DNA of 64,000 nt from Octopus sinensis (taxonomy: Eukaryota), in assembly GCF_006345805.1 (NCBI RefSeq), contig NW_021834239.1, positions 6,693 through 70,692 of the forward strand. The letters run 5' to 3'. A program made the position numbers and the translations under genes. The notes below the pieces were generated by a model. The model saw only the letters and a program-made list of their open reading frames with translations, did no database searches and was not told the DNA's origin. This document shows, one piece after another, positions 1 to 11,803 of this stretch (within the stretch, counting starts at the first letter, position 1; each line of letters opens with the position of its first letter).

Positions 1-387
1 TGAAACATGAGATAGATAAGAGATACAATGTTTAACAGATTTATTAAATATTAAGTGAATCTCTCGTGACATTTGTATTCCATATATTGCTACAACGATA
101 ATCCTAGAATAATTTCTACTACGACTGCAACTCACTCACTGGATAAGTAACAAATAAGAAATAAGCAAAGATACTACTTGGTGGCTAGAGGCATTCTGGA
201 ATAAGATTTAAATTACTTGATTCTTCGTGATATTTTTCTAATGTTTCCAAGATGGCTTGAACAGTAAAAACACAAACAAAAAGCTATTTTGAGCAAAATG
301 AACGGAATTTCATAATTTTTGCGGCTTCCTTTCAATTTCAGTATCAATATAATTTTGAGTAAGCATTGCATGTAGTCATAGATCATC

Positions 388-612
388 ATTACACACACAA
401 CACACACACACACACACACACATGCACACAACTAACGCACATGCACACAACTAACGCACATGCACACACACACACATGCACACACGCACACAAACACACA
501 TACACACACATGCACACACAAACACATACACACACGCACACCACACAGACGTGCATATCCACACACATACACATATACATACACACGCCCACAAACACAC
601 ATATATATATAT
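388..612. repeat. (CA)n/(TA)n compound microsatellite
   Basis: Direct reading; explains the His/Thr and Val/Cys ORFs in the track. Confidence 0.95.
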
Positions 613-796
613 ATAAAGGTAAATTTCCAAAATTGGTTAATAGCGATATATAATCCTAGCGGATACCGTGCTCGCTCTTATCGGTACTGGCTAACCTCAG
701 TAAATATTACTGGTTTTGCTATATTCGGTATATCCTCACCTTGGTGTATCCAAATATCTTTATACAGACTGCATAGTATCGGTAGATGAGAAATAG

Positions 797-1170
797 TAAG
801 TTAATAAATATCAGGAGAATAGAGATTTACATACCCAGGCTTTATTATAGAGTTAATCATATATTTCTTCGTCAGTACCGACACTTGTTTCCGCTGCAAA
901 CCGGTGCACTCTGCAAGTTATTCCTCCTGGTGTACATCTTGTTGTTAATTCCCGGCGTTGCTTTATCAGGGCAAAATTTAACATTTCAGATGCCATCTGA
1001 GCAGATGAAGAAGTATCGTTAGTTAACACTACGATAGACACCAAGAAACATAATTTTCAATGTGCATCGGCTAGCAGCGGAAACAACTGTAGGTACTGAC
1101 AAAGAAAGATGTTATTAACTGCATAATAAAACCTGGATGTGTAAATATGTTCTCGTGATATTTATTAATA
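797..1170. repeat. Diverged inverted repeat, arms ~797-910 and ~1061-1170
   Basis: Reverse complement of 821-910 (AGTGCACCGGTTTGCAGCGGAAACAAGTGTCGGTACTGACGAAGAAATAT...) aligns to 1061-1150 (TGTGCATCGGCTAGCAGCGGAAACAACTGTAGGTACTGACAAAGAAAGAT...) at roughly 80% identity; continues to TTCTC(C/G)TGATATTTATTAA. Confidence 0.8.
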
Positions 1171-1469
1171 TAGACAGATAGAGCCGAAGTAAATAGACAC
1201 CCAATAAAACCTTTTTCTAAGCTTATTTTAACTTGAAAAGATTCATATTTTCTAGTAATTGATAGTTTTAAGTTTCAGGTTCTATAGATGACAGTTTAAT
1301 AACGCCATATACAAAAGACGCTTTGGAACTGTCTGAATTTCAAAGAGGCAGTACACTAATAAAGGGGCCGTACTGTAAAACTGCAGAAAACCTTGAGATC
1401 CTGCTTTCTACAGTTAATAGAGTGATTGTGCTAATCATGAGAGAGTGCAAAGAGTCCACATCAACTAAC

Positions 1470-1598
1470 CCGGGTTGACCAGGGCCCCGTGACAGGGCCG
1501 TTCACTTTATCAAGATATTTGCCCAAGGTACCGCGCAATGGGACTGAACACGGAACCACATGGTTGGATAGGAAGATTCTTACATCACAGCCACTGCT
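1470..1598 (-). mobile_element. SINE head fragment (family E here: GGCTGTGTGGTAAG...GTTCAGTCCCA...ACCTTGGGCAAG)
   Basis: Reverse complement matches the head of the SINE at 26704-27198. Confidence 0.7.
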
Positions 1599-1785
1599 GT
1601 GAATAGTAAAAAAAATGGTAAAAATTTCAATTCCTTGAATGACGTATTCCAATGACGAATTCTTTGCCATGAATTCTTTGATGAATTCTTTGCCATGAAA
1701 CCACCTCAATTCTGGGAAGAGGGTATTTTCAAGTTAAAGGAAAGATGGAGACGCATTGTGCAACAAAATGGTTCATATTTGGTTG

Positions 1786-1864
1786 ATTAAAATTTTAATG
1801 GCAAGTATCTCTTGACCTTTTTCTTTCCTCTAAAAATCGGCACGAATTTTCCGGGCAACCCAAT
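1786..1864. mobile_element. Solo Tc1/mariner-type terminal inverted repeat remnant
   Basis: Reverse complement begins TA|TTGGGTTGCCCGGAAAATTCGTGCCGATTTTT, a mariner-like terminus abutting TA; no partner arm seen. Confidence 0.4.
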
Positions 1865-1937
1865 ATATATATACATATATATACATATATATACACACAT
1901 ATATATATATATATATATATAATATATATGTGTATAT

Positions 1938-1987
<50 letters not shown>

Positions 1988-2090
1988 TAAAAAACGGTAA
2001 GATAACAAAAGAAAGAAAGAGACCTCAATATTAAGTAAATAGAGGGAATTTATCTATAAAATAATGTGTTACAATTACTCAATAGTCAAC

Positions 2091-2149
2091 ATAAAACTCT
2101 AAGTTTCAGATGCCGAAGTGGAAATCCACAACACCATCTCTTCGGTTAT
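2091..2149 (-). ncRNA. Degenerate type I hammerhead-like motif
   Basis: Minus strand: ATAA-CCGAAGA-GATG...CATC-T-GAAAC-TTAGA-GTT-TTAT; stem I ATAA/TTAT; U4C variant core with one extra base before GAAA. Confidence 0.45.
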
Positions 2150-2334
2150 CTGGCTTTATATATATATATATATACAGAGAGAGAGAGAGAGAGAGAGAGA
2201 AAGATATATCCATACATACATATATATATATAATTCAAAATAAGAAAGTGGAGAAATACATCTAAATCAAATATCAATTACCAGATAATACTCAATCACA
2301 TACTTTATTAAACCACCACATAAGAAACTATATT

Positions 2335-2376
<42 letters not shown>

Positions 2377-2756
2377 CACCCACACGCGTGTGTGTGTGTG
2401 TGTGTGTGTGTTTAGATATATATGTGTGTGATGTGGAGACTGCGCACTAAAGCATTGAAGATGTGTTTTAATCTCATTTCCACTACAGTCTGTCTGTTTA
2501 CTCCTCCAGAATTCCATCTTATTTTATCGACGGTGTTAACGTCGTTTCCATTCGTTCCCAAATTCACTTAGTTCGTAATCAAATGCTAAATTGACTACGT
2601 CGTTTGTTTTTATTTGAAAATCATCAACAAGCGACAGACACATTATACATACACGGCTTATATTTGTTTTGTTGTTATTGTTAGTGATGAATATGATCCG
2701 GCAGATGGCGTTGTTGTTGTATATATTGTTGTAGCTTTCGTCGGTAATGTTGTTTA

Positions 2757-3802
2757 ATGATGTTAATGTTGTTGTTGTTGTTGTTGTTGTTGTCAATACA
2801 AATTATTATTAATTTTGTTTGTTTTTATTTCAAAATACCTGATGCTGGTGTTCGTGTTCCTGCACTTCGTAATCTTCATATCATTATCCTCATCAGTCTC
2901 ATTATTATTATCATCATCATCATCATCATCATCATCATCGTCTTCACCGTCATCATCATCATCGTCTTCACCGTCATCATCATCATCGTCTTCACCGTCA
3001 TCATCATCATCATCATCATCCTCATCAGTCTCATTATCCTCCTCCTTCTCATCATCATCATCGTCGTCGTCGTCTTCATCGCCATCATCATCATCCTAAC
3101 CCATCATCCTAACCATAACCCTTTCCCTCATCATCATCGTTATCAACATCGTTATAATCGTCATCGTTACACCACCACCACCCCACCACCACCATCAAGA
3201 TCATCATCATCATCATCATCATCATAACCATCATCATCATCATCATCATCATCATCGTCATCATCATCACCATCGCAATCATCATCATCGTCATCATCAT
3301 CATCGTCGTCGTCTTCGTCGTCTTCATTGTCATCATCGTCATTCTAATCATCATTAACATCATCATCATCATTATCAAGATCGTTATAATCGTCATAATC
3401 GTCATCGTTATACCACCGCCAGCACCATCATCATCATCAACATCATCATCATCATCATCATCATCATCAACATCGTCGTCGTCGTCATCATCATCATCAT
3501 CATCGTCATCATCGTCGTCGTCGTCATCATCATCATCATCATCATCATTGTCGTCGTCGTAGTAGTCGCCGTCACCACCACCATTAACATCGCTGTCGTT
3601 GCCATCATGACGATGTGACGATAATGAGTTTGAGGATGAAACCGTCGAGGTCATATCTATCTCCATCATTCATCATTAACATTTCTCGATCTACGTTTTC
3701 TCTTCAAATTTCAAATTTCTTGGTACCAATACCACCAACATCCTCGTCTTCATCCTAAATAATAGCAATGGTAGTAGTAGTAGTAGTAGTAGCAGTAGCA
3801 GT

Positions 3803-3854
<52 letters not shown>

Positions 3855-4038
3855 CTAGTAGTAGTTTTTATGTTGTTTTTGCTTTTATAATCATTCTCAC
3901 CCTCATTTCAACGTTTCAAAATCATCATCATCGTCATGATCATCATCATCGTCGCGTTCATCACCATCATTATCGTCTTCATCATTATCACTACCATCAT
4001 CACCATCATCACCATCATCATCATCATCATAATCATCA

Positions 4039-4097
<59 letters not shown>

Positions 4098-4140
4098 TTT
4101 ATTATCACTATTATCAGTATTAGTATTACTATTATTATTA
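2757..4140. repeat. Compound trinucleotide array (GTT, ATC/GTC, ACC, GTA/GCA, ATT)
   Basis: Direct reading; includes a 24-nt unit CATCATCATCATCGTCTTCACCGT repeated about three times near 2930-3000. Confidence 0.95.
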
Positions 4141-5600
4141 AGACTGTAAGAAGTGGAACACGAAGGAATATATTATGTAGTTCAAGAAAGTATTTTCACC
4201 TTCAGATTTTGCTTGGTAACTGAGGGCCAAGAAATGTAAAGGAAATAAATGCCATTTAAAATTGATTGGATTGGAGAATTGATTCCTGATACTGGTATCG
4301 ATGGACACGGATTATAGCTGCTTTTGGAAATTAATTTAAGGCATGAAGTGAAAAGAATAGAAGATAGCGTAGCAGGAAGGAGTGGAAGCAAACACGGGAG
4401 AAAATATAATGAACATTAAAGGAAAGGAAAACTCAAAAACTGGAATTAAAGAAAATGGTGTAATAAAAGAAGGAATGAATCTGAAGAAAGGTGAAATCAA
4501 GGGAAATAAATAAAATGAGAAATTTAAGATGAAAAGAATAATCAAAAATCTGAAATGAAAGAACGAGTGAAGCAGGGAATAGAGGATATAAGGAGAGAAG
4601 GAAAATTATAAAATAAAGATGGAGAGAATAGAAGTGAAACAATTTAATGTAAAAAATATGTAAGAATTAGTTGAGTTAAAATAAGGTAGAAAGAACGGTT
4701 GCATGAAGAAGACGACTGAAGTGGAAAAGAAAATTGAGAGGAAAGAACGTCGAATAGAGAGAGACGAAAATTGTTCAATTCAAAGCAAGAAAAACAAAAA
4801 AATTATAAGAGACAAGAAAAACATGTGAAAAGGAATATATTGCATGCTTCAATTCAGTTTATGTTACGTGCGCAAAGATTTATTTTGATTGGGAAAAAGA
4901 AGTCATGGAGATGTTTTAAAGGAAACCGAAAATAAGGTTAAAGAAAATGTAGGTGAAAAATAAAATAATGGAGAGTGAAATGTGGATTTCAGCTCTGGGG
5001 ATATATTAAGTTTAAATTTTATGGGTTTCCTTCTTTCACACTCTCCTATCAAAAAATCAATATTAATATCCGTCAGGTAATCTTGGCTTTCTCTCATTAT
5101 ATTGATATATTGATATAATATGGCACGACTTACAACAGCCCACCACACACTATTTCAATGGATATTTCACTGATCTTAATTTTTACCCGTCAATTGTAAA
5201 ATATAATATAAGAACGATAATTTCATTTATCGGTGATAGGTATGTTATTCTCTATGAAAATCTATTTGCGTATATCAATCAGTATAAAACCTTGTATTGT
5301 TAGTGTTTCGTACTCCTGTTACAGCAGCAAATACCGAAAGGACCTTGTTTGATAATGAGGTCCGAGTATAGCTGAAAGTAGCCTGTCTCTGTCGCATAAA
5401 CTAGGTGGACATATTACTAACATATAGTAACAAGAATGAAAACAATTAGCAAATATCAAAATGCGGCCGTGTGACCCTCGTTGATTTGAGGTCATGACGA
5501 TGGTCTGCAGCTACAGATCAATAAAAGCAAAAACCACGGGAAAAAGCACGAACAACGTCGAAACATCATTGAATGCACGCACACACACATACATACACAC

Positions 5601-5925
5601 AGGATCTTTTCCTTTTGATAGCCAGATTTCAACACAATTTCTAGTTAACTAAATACCTTAAAACTTCGTATACTAGTAGAATGTACATTATTTTCACTTG
5701 GCTTTTTTGATAAATTTGTAATTCGTTTGTTTAACGTAGTTTAATTTTTCGAATTTTAACCAATCCTATGGTCTCTTTTGAGCTGAAATCATTTGCTGCG
5801 TTATCGATATTGATAAACAAACGAGGAGGGTTTTCTTTGACACATTCTACCAGTATACGAAGTTTCAAAGTGTTTAGTTAACTAGAAATTGTGTTGAAAT
5901 CTGGCTATCAAAAGGAAAAAGACCC
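5601..5925. mobile_element. MITE with ~83-bp terminal inverted repeats (probably Tc1/mariner-derived)
   Basis: 5605-5684 TCTTTTCCTTTTGATAGCCAGATTTCAACACAATTTCTAGTTAACTAAA...GTATACTAGTAGAATGT is the reverse complement of 5842-5924 with few mismatches; non-coding ~155-bp core. Confidence 0.8.
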
Positions 5926-6441
5926 CCCCACACACACACACACAAACATCGATGTGCCTGGTTATGAAGCTACCAAGAACTAAGTACATCTCGTACTAAC
6001 ATAAACATTCACAGTCACACATTAACACACACACATGCACTTAAACACACACACACACATGTTTTTTTTTACCGAAATTTTGTCACTGTTCATATTTCAC
6101 ATGGATATATTCACATATACATGTGAACCACATGTACGTGAAGCTAAAACAATATCTACACGTAATAATGTTTCTCTACATGTGGTGTTATGGTGCGATC
6201 CCAAAAACATGTAAAAATATTTATCAGATAAGTTTCTAATTAATTAACGACTAAGAAGCAATTTCAAGATTTTTTAAAACTCAAAATAACTCTCCACCTA
6301 CTAAGATTTCTTACATAACACAGAAAGAATGAGGAAGATATTCCTCATGGGAAAATGGACCAGATGCCGCTCTCTTTCTTTATCTCTCTCACTCATTCAC
6401 TGCCTCTCTCTCTCTCTCTCTATTTATATATATATATATCT

Positions 6442-6665
6442 AGCTGGCAGAAACGTTAGCACGCCGGGCGAAACGCGTAGCCGTATTTCGTCTGCCGTTA
6501 CGTTCTGAGTTCAAATTCCACCGAGGTCGACTTTGCCTTTCATCCTTTCGGGGTCGATAAATTAAGTACCAGTTACGCACTGGGGTCGATGTAATCGACT
6601 TAATCCGTTTGTCTGTCTTTGTTTGTCCCCTCTGTGTTTAGTCCCTTGTGGGTAATAAAGAAATA
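6442..6665 (+). mobile_element. tRNA-derived SINE (family A) with Tx1-like 3' tail
   Basis: Head AGCTGGCAGAAACGTTAGC, B-box-like GAGTTCAAATTCC, tail TCTGTGTTTAGTCCCTTGTGGGTAATAAAGAAATA; several further copies in the window. Confidence 0.85.
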
Positions 6666-6743
6666 TATATATATATGTATATATAAAATGATAAACGAAT
6701 AGATAGATATATAAATAGATAGATAGGTTGGTAGATAGGTAGG

Positions 6744-6781
<38 letters not shown>

Positions 6782-7583
6782 TGGTTTGAGATTTTGTTCG
6801 CTGATTTTTTTGTTTTGTTTTGGGGATTGTTTGTGTTTTTTTTTTTATTGTGCATTCTGTTATGCACAGCCCTACTCCTACAGGTTGCCATTACATTTTG
6901 CGCTTTATTTTAATGAACGGATCAAAAAGCGAGCTGTGCATAAATTTGAACGTACAACCCAGAGACGTTTATACACATAAAATGCACGTAAATAAAACAT
7001 AATTAAAACTACATTTTATTTAGAGTTTATATATTTATTTAAAACTTCGTGTAGAACACAAAAAGTCACCTAAAACTTAAGCTAAATAGAGAAACCAATG
7101 AATTAATAAATTTTCGCATAAAACGCAATTGCTCTCAGGATTTTTTTTCGTTCAGAATCGTAATTTTTAGCCGCCTTTTTAATATATATTTTTTTCTTTC
7201 TAGAGTTCATTTTCTCGTTTGCTTGCATTCTCCTCTCTTGTTAATTTATTATATTTTTTTTTATTTTACAGTTTGTCTCTTGTAAATATTTCTCCAGGTT
7301 TTAACACATCAATAAGATTTCAAATGCTTGGATGACTAGTGTGCGTTGTACCGATTCTTTGTATTGCATAGTAGAGTGCTTCTGAGCTATTTATAGAATG
7401 AGATATCACTCTTATAAATCGGACGCAACCATGCCAAGTAACTAACAGAAAAGGAGTTTTAAACCTTCATCTACCTACCCCAGCGACTTCCCCTAAATGG
7501 CCCTTTATAATTAATGTTAAATTAAGTCATAACTGACTGCAGAATATCACCATCATCATCATCATCGTCGTCGTCGTCGTCAA

Positions 7584-7620
<37 letters not shown>

Positions 7621-7844
7621 GTCAACATCATCATAATAAAAAAGCTGCCCATATTTCATGAAGAATACTTAAATAGGTGTAGGAACATAATTGTAACTAC
7701 ACAAGGTATTTTCGTATTTTCTATATTTCAAGCCTTCTTGCAAATATTTATTGACATTTTACCCTGAAGAGATTAAACTACCCGGCATATTTCTGCGGAG
7801 AAACGATTTCAAAATTTCTTATTCGAAGTCTTATTCGAAGGTAA

Positions 7845-7920
7845 AGATAGATAGATAGACAGACAGGCAGGCAGACGGACAGACAGGTAGAAAGGCAGAC
7901 AGGTAGAAAGGCAGACAGAC

Positions 7921-8002
<82 letters not shown>
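7845..8002. repeat. (GATA)n/(GACA)n array at the 3' end of the Tx1 element
   Basis: Direct reading. Confidence 0.95.
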
Positions 8003-8301
8003 CATTTTATTGTAGCCACACAGGGCTAAACACAGAATAAAAATGGACGAAATACAATGTAGAATTTTTTCTTTTCGAGGTGGGATGGGTGGGGCAAGAA
8101 GAAAAAAAAAAAAAAACGTTTGATCAATATGGATCTGTGGGTTGTGTGGTGTATAAAAAAGCAATATATATATATATATAAGGTTCACAGTTTAGGTGTA
8201 GTCTTGGAAAGAAAAACCTACAAAAAAGACCAAGGTCACCTCAGGCAATTCGAAAAAGAACACATGAGTAAGTCGCCTTACTTCTCGTTGTCTCTTTTGG
8301 T

Positions 8302-11300
8302 TACGGATTTATGCTTAAAATAGTGTCGTCTTTCATACTGACCATTTTTGCCACTTTTACCTACTTTTTATTAAAACATTCGTTCGACAAAGCCTTCCTC
8401 TCTATTCTCATCCTCCTTTTCAAGTGGTACTTGAAAAAGTTGACGAGAGACTGACCAGAGAGGAAGGTGTTTGTTTGCAGTCCTTTCAAACGCGTCCACC
8501 ACACACATTCTTTCGCCATAGCCATCAGCGTAACGAAAACCGTTTTCCCTTCCCGTTTAAAGGAAGGTGGTGGAACAATACTCACAATAGACTCGGCCGA
8601 TAGGCGAGCCTGACCTACACGTGACAACAGCTGTTCGACGAAGGACCACAGCTCTGAAATATCTGGACACTGCACGAGTGCGTGCAGAACGGTTTTCGTC
8701 GCTCTGACCGCATCTCGGGCAGGTCGGTCCGGTGATGGTTTTCGAACCGTGTCTGTAGCTCTTCTCTCGAACAGGTAGTGCGTCTCGATAGCACTGCCAA
8801 GCCAGGGATTTCTGGAAGTTATCCATAGGCCCCGGCCCGAACGTCGTCCTGAACAGGCGGGTTAGGAATTCCTCGTCGACGCCCAGGTTTGCCCCGAGTG
8901 TGTCGTCGGACCTCCCCTCCACTAGTCCTCTATAGAACGCTTTAGTCGTTTGGAAGTTGCATAAGTTTGACCCCGGTCGGCAGAGCTGCTGTAGAGCTTG
9001 GCGACACTCTCGGTGCCAATCGCCCAGTTTCGGTCTCTTTTGATCCACGTTTGCAGTTCGGTCAGTGAGACGAGCTGCGGGAAGTCGCGCCTCACAAACG
9101 GCGCCCACACCTGTTCACCGTCGTCGATGAATTTCCAGAGATGTCGCAGTCTCAGCGCATGCCTGCGCATCATCAACCACGGCATGCCCAGTCCTCCATT
9201 CAACGGATGTTGACAGCAAATGGACTTCCTCACCATCGGAACGCCACCCTTCCACAGGAAGCGGAAGAGTATGCGTTCCAGTTTGGTGATGGTGGCGTCG
9301 GGACAAGGTACGACGGTCAGGCGGTAATCGATGACGGATGCGATGTACGCGTTCGCCACCTCCGCCCGGCCTTTTAGAGACAGCTTTCTCTCGGCCCATG
9401 TTTGGCTGAGAGCGACCACTCTACTCGTGATCTCGTCCCAGTTCTTATCCATTTGGAGGTCCGGACTGAACCAGACCCCGAGCAATTTAACCGGTCCGTC
9501 CGTCCAGCGTCCCACTACTGAGCCGCAGTCGGACGGCATGGGCTTGCTTCTCCAGGTGCCGAGTAGCAAACCCACTGACTTTTCCGGGTTAATCTTTGCT
9601 CCCGTCACCGTTTCATATTTTCTTAGTGTCTCGCCGACCAGCTCGATGTGCTGGTAGCTCGACACTATGACGGTGACATCGTCCGCATATGCCGACACGC
9701 TCGTCCCGCAACCCAGTTCCCGTGGGATGCCCCTCAGTGTCGCCAGCTTCCGCAGTAGCGGCTCGAGAGTCAATACATACAGAAGCGCCGACAGGGGACA
9801 CCCTGACGGACGCGAACGCGTGATGTCAAACGGTTAGACAGGTGACCGTTCACCCGAATCACCGATCGGATGCCGCTATAAAGGCAGCGATCCAACCGCG
9901 GAAGACGGGACCGAAGCCAGCCGCCCTGAGGACGGCCGCCAAGTACCGATGGTCGACCCTATCGAAGGCTTTAGACTGATCCAAATTTATCAGCGCCCCA
10001 CCCATGCCAGGATCCTTAACTACCCTGTCCACAATGTAGCGCATCAGATGGAGGTTGTCATGTATGGTCTGCCCGGCACGGCGCATGTTTGCGCCCTGTC
10101 GACCAGTTTACCAATGACAAGCGCCAACCTCTCGGCTATTACTTTGGCCAAAATTTTCAAATCTGCGTTGAGCAGAGTGATGGGCCTGAAATTATCTATA
10201 AAATTCCCCTTGTTTGAGTCTTTCTTCAGCAACGTCACTGCACCTCGGCTCACGAAACCGGGGATTCTCCCGTTTTGTTGCCAGTTGCAGTAGACTGATG
10301 CCAAGAGGTCGCCAAACAAGTCTGGCATTCGACAATACAGCTCGTAGGGTAAACCATCCAATCCAGGCGACTTATCCCTCGCGCAGCCCGCCATCGCATC
10401 CCACACGTCAGCGGCTGTGATGGGACTTTCACAACACTCCGCTTCTCTTGCCGAGAGCCGCGGCAGGTCGGTCAGGTAGGCACTGAAATCCATCCCTCGT
10501 TCCGACCCACCACTCGCACCAAACAGTCGAGCAAAGTGCTGTTGAAAGGCCTCACACATCCTTTCGGGTTCGAGTAAACTGCATCCCTGTTGATATATTA
10601 GAGACCGAATGGTTGATCTGTTGCCACGCTGCGCCTCCGCTACCCGGGCCTCTCGCGCAGCTTCAATCCCTTCGTTCCTTAAGGCACGCATTTTAGCTCT
10701 GACGACGCAACCTTCGTGCTTGGCGTTGAGGTGTTGGTCGAGGGCCATCCTCGCAGCCAGCACGTTGGTTGCGCTGCCAGTGGTAAGTGCCTCTTCTAGT
10801 TTCTTAACTAAGTCTCCCTCTACTCTATTTCGTTCTATCGCTAATTCCTTGCTAAACCTAATTGATTCCGATTTTATTGCCATTTTCAGGGCGTACCACC
10901 AGCGGTTGTTAACGACCGCTCCTGTCAGCGCCCTCTTAATTAACTCGCTAATCCGGTTCCTGTAAACCTGTCGCGCTAACAGCGACGTGTTCAGTTTCCA
11001 GTAACCGGGACCCTGCCTATGTTTTTATCTGAGTCGAGCGTACACGTAACAAATTTGTGATCTGTGTAGCTGACTATTTTAAATTGTGGACATCCTACAC
11101 TATCCCTATCCGCTGTCCTGCATAGAATTCTATCTAGATAAGATCTCGACGATCCGACGCGGTTTGTCCAAGTCCACGTTGGCACGTTCGGATGGTCGAG
11201 TCGGAACCTGTCAGACAAATGGAAACGTCTGAGCAGGTCTTTGAGGCTCTTACACCCCCTTCTATTCCTATCCCTTCCAACATAATCTAGATGCGTGTCC

Positions 11301-11746
11301 AAGGTAGCGTTCCAATCCCCTACTAACAGTAAAGGTTTAGACGTACCCAGGAAAACCTCTAGACGTCTGAAGAAATCCGCCCGACCCGTTAAGGACGGTG
11401 CATAAACTGCCATCAGACGGAATGCACACCCATTTCTGCCATCCACGTCCAAGACAACCAGCCTACCCTCCGGGTCTAGGAATATTGCTCTTACTTTTAC
11501 TTTCAGACTCTTTCGAAAAAGCACTGCAGTACCTCCACCACCCATGTTCGGCAGACAGGGAGAAAAATAAATGTCAAATTGATTGCCAAACATGGACTCG
11601 AGGGCCCACGGCTTACTGAGTCTGGTTTCGCTGATAGCTACTATATCCACGTCCAGTGACTTGATGTCGTTTAGAAGGTAACCTTGCTTCCAAGCCGACG
11701 CCAAGCCACGCGCATTCACACAACCTAATTTAAGCATACTTGACAT
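8302..11746 (-). pseudogene. Tx1 ORF2 (APE endonuclease - reverse transcriptase - CCHC), frameshifted
   Basis: APE: GCVNARGL, AISETRL, GDWN, SYLDRILC, YTDHKFV. RT: GYWKLNT, PGLDGLPYELY, FRPITLLNADLKILAK, LDQSKAFDRVDH, RQG-CPLS, YADDVTV. C-terminus: CPRCGQSDE-TVLHALVQC. Pieced from track ORFs 10991-11746, 10044-10883, 9859-10086, 8922-9773, 8557-9108, 8361-8675. Confidence 0.92.
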
Positions 11747-11803
11747 TTACGAAAATTGTGTTTTACACACTATATTAGAAGAGACAAGAGGCAAGAAGTG
11801 AGG

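Noticed and set aside
213-4223. Many track ORFs rich in His/Thr, Ile/Tyr, Met/Asp or Ser
   Set aside because: They are translations of CA, TA and ATC microsatellites; the same applies to similar ORFs throughout the window.
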